Of a DNA stretch of 32,000 nt, positions 7,291 to 14,350 are shown piece after piece. The notes below the pieces were generated by a model. The model was not told where the DNA came from. It made no database searches and worked only from the letters and a program-made list of their open reading frames with translations. The translations under genes and the position numbers were made by a program. The stretch covers positions 1-32,000 of the forward strand of contig CAZNIQ010000005.1 in NCBI GenBank assembly GCA_964573185.1, given 5' to 3'. The stretch's first letter is position 1; each line of letters opens with the position of its first letter. This stretch comes from Candidatus Woesearchaeota archaeon (GTDB lineage: Archaea; Nanobdellota; Nanobdellia; Nanobdellales; CAZNIQ01).

Positions 7291-10022
7291 TCTTCAAATC
7301 TTCTTAAGCATTCATTCTTCTCCGGATACCCCACCTCTTGATACACTTCATCCATTATTTTATGTAACATATCATTGGCTTTAACAACAAAATCTGCTTC
7401 TAATAATTCTCTATTACCTGTTCTTTTAGCATAATCCACTAACATCTTTTTAGCTTCTGCTCTTAAAAGGATGTTTTCCCATAATTTTTCCCATGAACCT
7501 GCAAATACTTTTATTCTTGAAGCTACAGATTTTAAGATTTCAGAATCCCCATGAATGAGATTTGAAGTTGGTTTCAATTCGTCTTTGTCTACGTCATATA
7601 TCATTAAATCTACAAAACCCTTTTCCATTAGTGGATCCTTTTCCCAGTGTTTCCTTACTTCTGTTATTCTTAATACTCTCCTATATTTCCTTAAACCGGA
7701 TGGATCTTTTATAGGATTTGCAATTACTATAATATCAGTTGCTTTAAATGAAGTTTTCGGGACACCCAAATCATTTACAACTCTATCGTAAACTCCATAA
7801 GGGCTTTCCGCATGAATAGTTCCCATAACTACATTTGCTAAAGCACCAACTCTCATAGCTTCATATAATGTTACAGCTTCTTTAGATCTCACCTCGCCTA
7901 TAATTAAAGCAGAGTCACCAAGTCTTAAAGAAACTTTTATTCCATCATCGGCAGAGAGTTCTGAAGTCTGTAAAGATAATGGAGAACGAACTTTCAAAGG
8001 TAAAATATTATATCCCAATTTTCTAAAGTAATCTGTTGGAATTTCCAAAACATCTTCAATAGTTATTATTCTAACTTTCCTAGGGATTTCTAGCATTAAA
8101 GCAGTTAAAAGAGATGTGTTGTGAGCTATAAAACCGTTTGCAATAAAGTTTTCGGTTTCCGTTTCCAAATCGTAAACCCATTCTTCATATGTCTCTTCAA
8201 TTTTTTCCACTCTATCAAAGAATAAGTCTGAATTTGCTAATATCTCTAATTTTTCTAAAATTTCCTTTGCTTTTCTAATTCTTTCTTTTGCAATTTTTAA
8301 TTTTTCTTCTTCATTTATTTCAGTAATTACTCTAGCTATTGCTACAAAATTCCCCACCTTTAGTTCTTCGGCTCTTTTCCATTTCAATTCTCCTTTTTCG
8401 TTTACAAGGAATGGATGTTCTGGGGTAACTTTTATTTCAAATCCACTTTTTGTTTTTATTTTCAATAACTTTCCTCCTCTTCTTTTATAAACTGCCTTTA
8501 CTTTAACTTTCTTTATTTTCAAATCTTTTAGATCTAATCCATAAACATACAAATTTTTCGGAATAGTAACATAACCATCCTCTATTTCTATTTTGCCTTT
8601 TTCTAATTCTTTTTCAACCAAATCCTTTATTTTTACAAGCTCTCCTTTTCCATTTAAAATTAAGGTATCCCCTGATACACATTTTCCAGCTCCTCGCGTT
8701 CCGGCTATCAAAATTGTCCTCCCCGTGTCTACTAATAAGGATAATAAACCTGCTGCTAGAGGGCTTAACATTTTGTTCTCTATAAACAAAGGCAAGGTCC
8801 AAGGCCTAGATCTGTGTCTTCTTAAAGCAAAACCCAGACCTTTTGGACTTAAAGGTTCCATAACGGCGGCAACTCTTGCTCTTACATTGCCTAAATCTAT
8901 TTCTGTGTCCAATACAGGATTAGCCTCGTCAAATGGTCTTCCAGAAATTAATCTTAATTTTGTAGCCCATGATTCAGCTTCCTTTGGACTTACATAAATA
9001 TTTGTAATACACTGCTCATAATCTGCATGATTTATAAAGATAGGTGTTTTTCCTAAAGGTGGATTGATTAAAATATCCTGAACCCTTTCATCTTTTAACA
9101 AATATTCTAAAATTCCAAAGCCGATGGTATATCTCGTAATAATTTTTGCTAATAACTTTTTCCTTATATTTGGATAGTTTTTCAAGAAGTTTAAAACTAA
9201 ATTATAGAAATTTTCTCTTAATCTGTACGGATCCAGATAGTCTGCTCTTTTAGGCTGATATCCTATTAAGAATCTCCTTACTTGTAGCATCGCATTTACC
9301 TCTTCCGTTGTCAAGAAAAATTCCGGTGGAAAAATATAGTATCTATTTGAAACTTCGTAAGGTAAAGAAAATATAATTACTTCTGCATCATCCACTTTAT
9401 AACTTTCTAAAATGTTTGCCTCTTCAGGAATACTTCTTATTAATGATAAATAAATAAAAGAAGGCTTTATATCGGGTATGAAAAGCTTTCTATAAATTAA
9501 CCTATCCCCAGGAACGTATCCATCTAGATAGACTTCTATTCTTTTATATACTTCTGTCTTTTGAAATAACAATTCAATATAGCTTATTAAGTCGATTAAC
9601 TCTTTTAATCCTATCTTTAATTCTATATCTTTTGTCTTCTCGTAATATACTTCCAATTTTCTTTTATATCTCTTTAATTCAACTAATGTGCCTATAGGAT
9701 CGTAAGGATATTTTTTAAGGATATCAAGAAGATTTATTCTTTCAGTGTATGCAGCGTCTAATTTATTTAACTTTGAAAAAACATTTTGTATAGCATTCCA
9801 TATAGAAGCCAACTCCTTTAGATATTTTATTTGAGAGGCCGAATATTCAAATATATCGTATTGTTCAATAATTATTTTATCAAACTTTTCCTTTGAAAAA
9901 AGATCAATTATGAAAGCCATTAACTTCGGATTTTCTTCTAGCAAAGGTATCTCTGGTTGCTGATTTAAATTAATATATAACACTTTTTCCCCATGTTCAA
10001 GTTTAACATCATATTGAAACAT
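7269..10022 (-). CDS. type II/IV secretion-family (GspE/VirB11/KlbA-like) hexameric ATPase, intein-containing
   Basis: The spliced sequence would read ILIAGTRGAGK-TSLLTALMLEIPRKVRIITIEDVLEIP...ALIIGEVRSKEAVTLYEAMRVGA..VMGTIHA, giving Walker A, Asp/Walker B and His boxes. The track ORF starts at TTG 10046. ATG at 10022 (MFQYDVK...) is preferred because a TATA-like element (10046..10056) lies upstream of it. Confidence 0.85.
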   Translation of the reverse strand: MFQYDVKLEHGEKVLYINLNQQPEIPLLEENPKLMAFIIDLFSKEKFDKIIIEQYDIFEYSASQIKYLKELASIWNAIQNVFSKLNKLDAAYTERINLLDILKKYPYDPIGTLVELKRYKRKLEVYYEKTKDIELKIGLKELIDLISYIELLFQKTEVYKRIEVYLDGYVPGDRLIYRKLFIPDIKPSFIYLSLIRSIPEEANILESYKVDDAEVIIFSLPYEVSNRYYIFPPEFFLTTEEVNAMLQVRRFLIGYQPKRADYLDPYRLRENFYNLVLNFLKNYPNIRKKLLAKIITRYTIGFGILEYLLKDERVQDILINPPLGKTPIFINHADYEQCITNIYVSPKEAESWATKLRLISGRPFDEANPVLDTEIDLGNVRARVAAVMEPLSPKGLGFALRRHRSRPWTLPLFIENKMLSPLAAGLLSLLVDTGRTILIAGTRGAGKCVSGDTLILNGKGELVKIKDLVEKELEKGKIEIEDGYVTIPKNLYVYGLDLKDLKIKKVKVKAVYKRRGGKLLKIKTKSGFEIKVTPEHPFLVNEKGELKWKRAEELKVGNFVAIARVITEINEEEKLKIAKERIRKAKEILEKLEILANSDLFFDRVEKIEETYEEWVYDLETETENFIANGFIAHNTSLLTALMLEIPRKVRIITIEDVLEIPTDYFRKLGYNILPLKVRSPLSLQTSELSADDGIKVSLRLGDSALIIGEVRSKEAVTLYEAMRVGALANVVMGTIHAESPYGVYDRVVNDLGVPKTSFKATDIIVIANPIKDPSGLRKYRRVLRITEVRKHWEKDPLMEKGFVDLMIYDVDKDELKPTSNLIHGDSEILKSVASRIKVFAGSWEKLWENILLRAEAKKMLVDYAKRTGNRELLEADFVVKANDMLHKIMDEVYQEVGYPEKNECLRRFEEWLRKNI
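8118..8681 (-). mobile_element. mini-intein (188 aa) inserted in the Walker A P-loop of the secretion ATPase
   Basis: The insert begins at Cys (GAGK|CVSGDTLILNG, block A). It contains TPEH (block B TxxH) and ends VYDLETETENFIANGFIAHN|T (blocks F/G, terminal His-Asn, +1 Thr). No LAGLIDADG or HNH endonuclease motifs are present; the linker is a charged helix (EINEEEKLKIAKERIRKAKEILEKLE). Confidence 0.85.
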
Positions 10023-10056
10023 ACCTATAAATATTCTTTTTTCCAAAATTTAAATA

Positions 10057-10458
10057 ATGCTTGATATTGTTAAGCGTATTAAATATATAGAAGAAAAACT
10101 CGATGCGTTAAATCAAAAAGTCTATGCTTTTGAAAGAGATTATCAAAGAGATCTAAATGAAATAAATGAAAAACTAAATAAGGTAAATGAGGAGTTAAGT
10201 TTTCTGAAAAAAGAGTTAAATGAATTAAGAAAAAGAATTGATGCTTTGATTATAAGACTAAAATTCTTTGCTACAAAAGATGAGGTAAAAATGATACAGA
10301 GATACCTAGAATACTTTACGCCTCTAGGTTTTGTTACGGAAAATGAGTTAAAAAGAGTCCTGGAAAAATATGTCACTAAAGAGGAGTTAAATAAGATAAT
10401 TAAAGAAATAAAACAAATAATAAATAATGCTTCAGTTGTTCAAGAAGAAGAAGAATGA
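10057..10458 (+). CDS. coiled-coil protein, hypothetical
   Basis: 133 aa with heptad-rich sequence (EEKLDALNQKVYAFERDYQRDLNEINEKLNKVNEELSFLKKELNELRKRIDAL). Divergent from the ATPase gene. TATA-like CTATAAATATT lies about 27 nt upstream of the ATG. Confidence 0.55.
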   Translation: MLDIVKRIKYIEEKLDALNQKVYAFERDYQRDLNEINEKLNKVNEELSFLKKELNELRKRIDALIIRLKFFATKDEVKMIQRYLEYFTPLGFVTENELKRVLEKYVTKEELNKIIKEIKQIINNASVVQEEEE

Positions 10459-10960
10459 ATTAGAACTTCCACCTTTAGAACAGACACAACAGGGTACTCA
10501 GCAATTAGGACAAGACATTACCCAAACATTTAATCAAAATATACAACAACCAATGTTTCAAGAGCAACCACAAATAAATTATGATTACCAGTATCAAACA
10601 AATTACAACTATAATTGGGAAGAGTATTTTCAATCTTTAGTCGAAAAAATAGTTAGTGAAAAATTACAGGAAGTAAGAAGAGAAATCGATGAGATAAAAA
10701 AATCATTATCAAAGTACGATGTTGAAATTTCTTCTTTGAAAGAGAAAATAAATAGTATTGAGAACAAGTTATTAGATTTTAATAAGATATTAATAGAAAA
10801 AACAGAGCATTATGATAAAACTGTTAAAGAGGTTTTAGCAGAAATAAAGGCATTTCACAAATTAATGCAAGATTTCTTACCAACGTTTACAGATGCTGTT
10901 AAGGAATTAAGGGAAGTTATTTCTAAGCTTGATCGGATTTCTCAGCAATTTCGTCCTTAG
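10427..10960 (+). CDS. hypothetical protein with Q/N/Y-rich N-terminal region and C-terminal coiled coil
   Basis: 177 aa. The N-terminal region reads QTQQGTQQLGQDITQTFNQNIQQPMFQEQPQINYDYQYQTNYNYNW, followed by heptad-like sequence. The start overlaps the preceding ORF by 32 nt across a (GAA)4 tract, so the start is uncertain. Confidence 0.45.
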   Translation: MLQLFKKKKNELELPPLEQTQQGTQQLGQDITQTFNQNIQQPMFQEQPQINYDYQYQTNYNYNWEEYFQSLVEKIVSEKLQEVRREIDEIKKSLSKYDVEISSLKEKINSIENKLLDFNKILIEKTEHYDKTVKEVLAEIKAFHKLMQDFLPTFTDAVKELREVISKLDRISQQFRP

Positions 10961-11534
10961 GTTTTAATATCCCTTTTTCAATTAATTTATCTAAAACTTT
11001 TCTTATTATCCTTCTGAAAACATGCCTTTTATGTAAACCTCCAAGTTTCATTGCCGCCTTCCTTATGGAACCCTCTTGAATAATTAAATTCAAATAGAAT
11101 TTTTGCTTTTCTGTCAATTCATTAGATAAATGTTCTAAAGCTAATTTTGCTACTTTTACAGGATCTATTTCAATACCTTTCCAAGCAAATTCTTCTGAAA
11201 ATATTGGTTTTTCAAATTTTTCTATCCACTCAAAATGTATTATCGTTACCCAATCTTCGGATTTTAACTTTGGATAATGTTTTTTCAATGCTTCCTTTAG
11301 TTTTTTCTTTGATTCGAAGCCATCTAAAAAAGCATCTTCATCAGTTAGATCTTTTACCTGCTTATATTCAACTTTAGTAATTTTTGCCTTCCCTAAAACA
11401 TATCCCCCACAATGTATATAAACTACGTCCCCCGGTTTATATTCTGTTACCTTTCCCAACCTTATAGTTGCAGTTTTTAAACCTGAAAGAAGTTTGTCCC
11501 AGTATTCTTTCTGAAATTGCAAATGTTTTGCCAC
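10923..11534 (-). CDS. ASCH (PUA-like) domain protein fused to a C-terminal helix-turn-helix
   Basis: GTG start overlapping the rpoD stop by 1 nt. The N-terminus LQFQKEYWDKLLSGLKTATIRLGK...GDVVYIH...AKITKVEYKQVKDLTDEDAFLDGF matches the ASCH pattern. The C-terminus LTEKQKFYLNLIIQEGSIRKAAMKLGGLHKRHVFRRIIRKVLDKL looks like a sigma-r4/LuxR-type HTH. Confidence 0.6.
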   Translation of the reverse strand: MAKHLQFQKEYWDKLLSGLKTATIRLGKVTEYKPGDVVYIHCGGYVLGKAKITKVEYKQVKDLTDEDAFLDGFESKKKLKEALKKHYPKLKSEDWVTIIHFEWIEKFEKPIFSEEFAWKGIEIDPVKVAKLALEHLSNELTEKQKFYLNLIIQEGSIRKAAMKLGGLHKRHVFRRIIRKVLDKLIEKGILKPKDEIAEKSDQA

Positions 11535-12313
11535 TACTCTAAAAGCTTAGATAAAAAGTTTTGGAACTTTTCTATTAGCAAATCTATTGCTAAAGGTATT
11601 ATTTTCTCAGCGGAGTAATTTCCATAGGATTCTACTACAAATATATATTTTCCATTTGGTTTAAACTTTATTTTATCTGGATTTACAGATTCTATCGCAT
11701 CAAGAAAAGTTCTATCATATTTTTTCTCCTCAGGAACAATTATTCTATTTCCTTCAATTTTTACTCCTAATTCTTCTAGTATCCTTTTTTCTTCTTCATT
11801 TAGTTCCTTTACTACTTCTAATTCTCCTAATTGATAATAATAAGCCCAGCCGGGAGACCACTTAGCATGCTCTTTTCCTTTACCCATTACAGCCTCCATC
11901 TCAATGTCTATTCTTTGTCCTTTTTCTAACCAAACTATTGGGATTTCTGGATAAGGAGTATAAACCCTAGGATCTTCTATTTGAATATCTTTTGCATAAA
12001 CCCAACCAGGACCTTCTTTTTTCAATTTCATCTTTACTTTAACCTCATTTACTTTTGTCACAAATTCTTCTGGGGTATGAAATGGAATTAGACCTAATCT
12101 GTGTGCTAAAAACTCATCCCAAAGAACAGAAGTATTATCATAAATATATACGTCTTCTATTGCTAGAGTAGGAACTTCCTCTAAAATGAACCTTCTTATA
12201 GTATTTAAAAACAAAGGATCGACTCCTTCAACAAGTATCTTAATTTTATAATTTTTCTTATCTTTATCTATAGCGTATTTATCAGCTTCTATTGAAAGAA
12301 CTTTTATTTTCAT
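11534..12313 (-). CDS. rpoD: DNA-directed RNA polymerase subunit D (Rpo3)
   Basis: 259 aa. [45 protein letters not shown] is the conserved RpoD/RPB3 dimerisation-domain signature. The protein contains no cysteine. ATGA overlap with rps19e. Confidence 0.9.
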   Translation of the reverse strand: MKIKVLSIEADKYAIDKDKKNYKIKILVEGVDPLFLNTIRRFILEEVPTLAIEDVYIYDNTSVLWDEFLAHRLGLIPFHTPEEFVTKVNEVKVKMKLKKEGPGWVYAKDIQIEDPRVYTPYPEIPIVWLEKGQRIDIEMEAVMGKGKEHAKWSPGWAYYYQLGELEVVKELNEEEKRILEELGVKIEGNRIIVPEEKKYDRTFLDAIESVNPDKIKFKPNGKYIFVVESYGNYSAEKIIPLAIDLLIEKFQNFLSKLLE

Positions 12314-12798
12314 ACTTCAGGCAAAATAACTTGTCCAGGAACTTCTATCTTATCTCCATATAACTCTTTCCAAACTTCATAAGCTGCTTGATCTACCAAA
12401 GCTTGTCCTTTTGGTGTTACTACTCTTCCCTTCTTTGGTTTATCTACCCATTTTATTAAACCAGCCTTTTCTAATTGTTGTAAGATCGTTCTAACTATTT
12501 TTCCAGAACCTTTTACAAAATGTTCTGGATCGTATCCATGTCTAGGTTTCTTTTTACCACCATATCTTGTTCTTAACCTTTCAACGCCTACAGGACCATG
12601 TAAATAAACTTGTCTTAAGATAGAAGCTGCTCTTAAATACCACCAAACTTCTGGTGGATCATCTGGAGGTCTTTCATTTGCAGGAGATGTCTTAACAAAT
12701 TTAGCCCATTCTGGAGGTTTTATTTCTGGAAACTGCTTAAGTTTTTCAGCTAACTTCTGGACTAATAGGTGTCCTGGAACATCATATGCAGTAACCAT
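12310..12798 (-). CDS. rps19e: 30S ribosomal protein S19e (eS19)
   Basis: 162 aa. [20 protein letters not shown]...[10 protein letters not shown]...[30 protein letters not shown]...[19 protein letters not shown] matches the S19e family throughout. Confidence 0.92.
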   Translation of the reverse strand: MVTAYDVPGHLLVQKLAEKLKQFPEIKPPEWAKFVKTSPANERPPDDPPEVWWYLRAASILRQVYLHGPVGVERLRTRYGGKKKPRHGYDPEHFVKGSGKIVRTILQQLEKAGLIKWVDKPKKGRVVTPKGQALVDQAAYEVWKELYGDKIEVPGQVILPEV

Positions 12799-12829
12799 AG
12801 GGTTTTGTTAAAGGGCAGATTTAAAAAAG

Positions 12830-13384
12830 TTAGGACGTGCAAAGGAAATCTTCTAAAGAGGGTTTGTCATGTAGGTACTTCTTAAAAAGTTCTATAACTT
12901 TTCTTTCATATTCAGGAAGTCTAGGATCGTTAGCATTCAATGGTATTTTTTCAAAGTTCTCGCTTCTTACTATATGAATAACAGGACCAGCCCCTGTTTC
13001 TATATAATCCAAACCCCTAAATTCTCTCGGATTTTTTATCATATATGAAACTCTTACGTCATAGCCGATGTTTAAGCATTTGTTATATTTTTCTAGATCT
13101 GCTCTCAAAGCAAATGGAGAATCTGGTAAAGGAACTACATCTTGTATTTTAGTTCCAATTATCGTATCATGTTTTAGGATTGCCAGTTTCCACCCATTTT
13201 CATATTTGTAACATACATAAACGTAACCTATATCAGAAAGCTTTGGTTCGGCACTGCTACAAATCAATATATTATCGAAATCTTCACGCTTCCCAAAAAG
13301 ATTAGAATAAGAAACGCTACCTATTGCTGCTAATACAAGAGCACTACCTACTATCTTTAAAAAATCTCTTCTATTCATCTTCAT
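12830..13384 (-). CDS. hypothetical exported protein with twin-arginine-type signal peptide
   Basis: The N-terminus MKMNRRDFLKIVGSALVLAAIGSVSYS matches the Tat consensus (S/T)RRxFLK followed by an h-region. The mature part matches no family I recognise. Confidence 0.55.
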   Translation of the reverse strand: MKMNRRDFLKIVGSALVLAAIGSVSYSNLFGKREDFDNILICSSAEPKLSDIGYVYVCYKYENGWKLAILKHDTIIGTKIQDVVPLPDSPFALRADLEKYNKCLNIGYDVRVSYMIKNPREFRGLDYIETGAGPVIHIVRSENFEKIPLNANDPRLPEYERKVIELFKKYLHDKPSLEDFLCTS

Positions 13385-13398
13385 AGGGTTAAGTATTC

Positions 13399-13713
13399 TT
13401 ATTTCTTTTTAAAGCTTTTTATAGGAAACCTATATATCCTTCCACAATTCAAGCATGTATAGATAGCTCTTCCATTTCTTATCCTAACTCTTAACGTTTT
13501 CTCAGGAATCCAAAAAGTCAAACATTTTCTGCAAAATCTTCTTTTTATTTCCTTTGGTAACTTTATATGATATTTTAATTTTATTTTCCAGAGAATATAA
13601 ATATATCTATTTGCCAACTCTAAGTTACCTTTCCTAGCCTCTTCTACAGCTTTTTCAAACAAAATTTTTATTCTTTCTAGAGCTATCTTCTTTTCCTTAA
13701 CTTTTCTCGACAT
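13399..13713 (-). CDS. rnp4: RNase P protein component 4 (Rpp21/Rpr2)
   Basis: 104 aa. An N-terminal helical pair (ALERIKILFEKAVEEARKGNLELANRYIYILWKI) is followed by the zinc ribbon RRFCRKCLTFWIPEKTLRVRIRNGRAIYTCLNCGRIYRFP. This is characteristic of Rpr2/Rpp21. Confidence 0.8.
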   Translation of the reverse strand: MSRKVKEKKIALERIKILFEKAVEEARKGNLELANRYIYILWKIKLKYHIKLPKEIKRRFCRKCLTFWIPEKTLRVRIRNGRAIYTCLNCGRIYRFPIKSFKKK

Positions 13714-14164
13714 ATTTTAAAGCTAAAGAAAGTAAAGCTATAGAGGTTCCTAATAAAGCTAAATCGTAAGCCCCAATTCCTACTGCCATTCCAATTGCTG
13801 CTGTAATCCATAGAGAAGCTGCAGTAGTGAGACCGATAACTTTATGCTCTTCTTTTAGAATAGCTCCTCCTCCAATAAAACCTATGCCAGCTAAAATATA
13901 AGCTGCGATCCTTGCTGGGTCTGCACCAATTTTTCCAAAGTATTCATAAGAAATAAGAGTAAAAATGGTAGTACCTACACCAACTAGAATGTGTGTTCTT
14001 AATCCAGCAGGTTTTTTATGTATCTCTCTTTCTAAACCTAAGAGAAAAGAGAATAGAAAAGATAAAACTAGCTTAATAAAATGTTCTGGATTAAAGAAGA
14101 AAAAGAAGTAAATTAATAAAAGAAGAATGCTGATAAACATTGATAGTTGATCAGCATTCATCAT
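13697..14164 (-). CDS. mgtC: MgtC/SapB-family membrane protein
   Basis: 155 aa. LGLEREIHKKPAGLRTHILVGVGTTIFTLIS...IAAYILAGIGFIGGGAIL...GLTTAASLWITAAIGMAVGIGAY matches the MgtC N-terminal membrane domain. The ATG lies 4 nt downstream of the 5S rRNA 3' end. Confidence 0.85.
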   Translation of the reverse strand: MMNADQLSMFISILLLLIYFFFFFNPEHFIKLVLSFLFSFLLGLEREIHKKPAGLRTHILVGVGTTIFTLISYEYFGKIGADPARIAAYILAGIGFIGGGAILKEEHKVIGLTTAASLWITAAIGMAVGIGAYDLALLGTSIALLSLALKYVEKS

Positions 14165-14168
14165 GATT

Positions 14169-14300
14169 GGCGGGCGGACGGCTTCCGCCGATTCCCGGCG
14201 GCCTGCGCCGCCAGTACTACGGCGGACGTGGCCCGGCTTAACTTCCGTGTTCGAAATGGGAACGGGTGTTTCCCGGGCACTTTGGCCGTCCTACCCGCCG
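14169..14300 (-). rRNA. 5S ribosomal RNA
   Basis: A GC-rich island in AT-rich DNA. The minus strand reads CGGCGGGUAGGACGGCCAAAGUGCCCGGGAAACACCCGUUCCCAUUUCGAACACGGAAGUUAAGCCGGGCCACGUCCGCCGUAGUACUGGCGGCGCAGGCCGCCGGGAAUCGGCGGAAGCCGUCCGCCCGCC. It contains the universal CCCAUUUCGAACACGGAAGUUAAGCC core and GUACUGG. The 5' GGCGGGU(A)GGACGGC pairs with the 3' GCCGUCCGCCCGCC to form helix I. End positions are +/- 2 nt. Confidence 0.93.
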
Positions 14301-14320
14301 AAAGGGTATCTAAATATACA

Positions 14321-14330
14321 TTTTTAAAAA
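14321..14330. promoter_or_regulatory. palindromic TATA element TTTTTAAAAA shared by the 5S rRNA (minus) and the 14351 ORF (plus)
   Basis: The centre (14325.5) is about 25.5 nt from the 5S 5' end (about 14300) and 25.5 nt from the ATG at 14351. The same ~25-nt spacing recurs at other genes in the window. Confidence 0.5.
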
Positions 14331-14350
14331 TTTCTATCCACTCATTAAAG

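Noticed and set aside
5645-8997. Plus-strand ORFs 5645..5935, 5979..6173, 6600..6932, 7115..7384, 7555..7791 and 8593..8997, and the out-of-frame minus ORF 8614..8802
   Set aside because: They are antisense or out of frame relative to the platform protein and the intein-containing ATPase. Their translations look like shadow ORFs of AT-rich coding DNA.
14150-14166. AUGAUGA followed by CUGA on the minus strand at the mgtC start, resembling C and D boxes
   Set aside because: Only 3 nt separate the boxes, so there is no guide. There are no C'/D' boxes. The sequence simply encodes Met-Met-Asn-Ala-Asp of MgtC.
14276-14290. Near match between the predicted target of the D guide of the 23911..23969 sRNA (CAAAUGCCCAUA) and 5S rRNA CCAAAGUGCCCGGG
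   Set aside because: The similarity requires a one-nucleotide bulge and breaks down after GCCC. It is not a credible guide-target duplex, unlike the 10-bp match of the other sRNA.
14147-14350. N-terminal 68 codons of the track ORF 14147..14839 (translation ...RADGFRRFPAACAASTTADVARLNFRVRNGNG...)
   Set aside because: This stretch is the antisense of the GC-rich 5S rRNA gene and also overlaps the mgtC start. The open frame is a by-product of GC-rich RNA sequence. Only the part from ATG 14351 is considered potentially coding.
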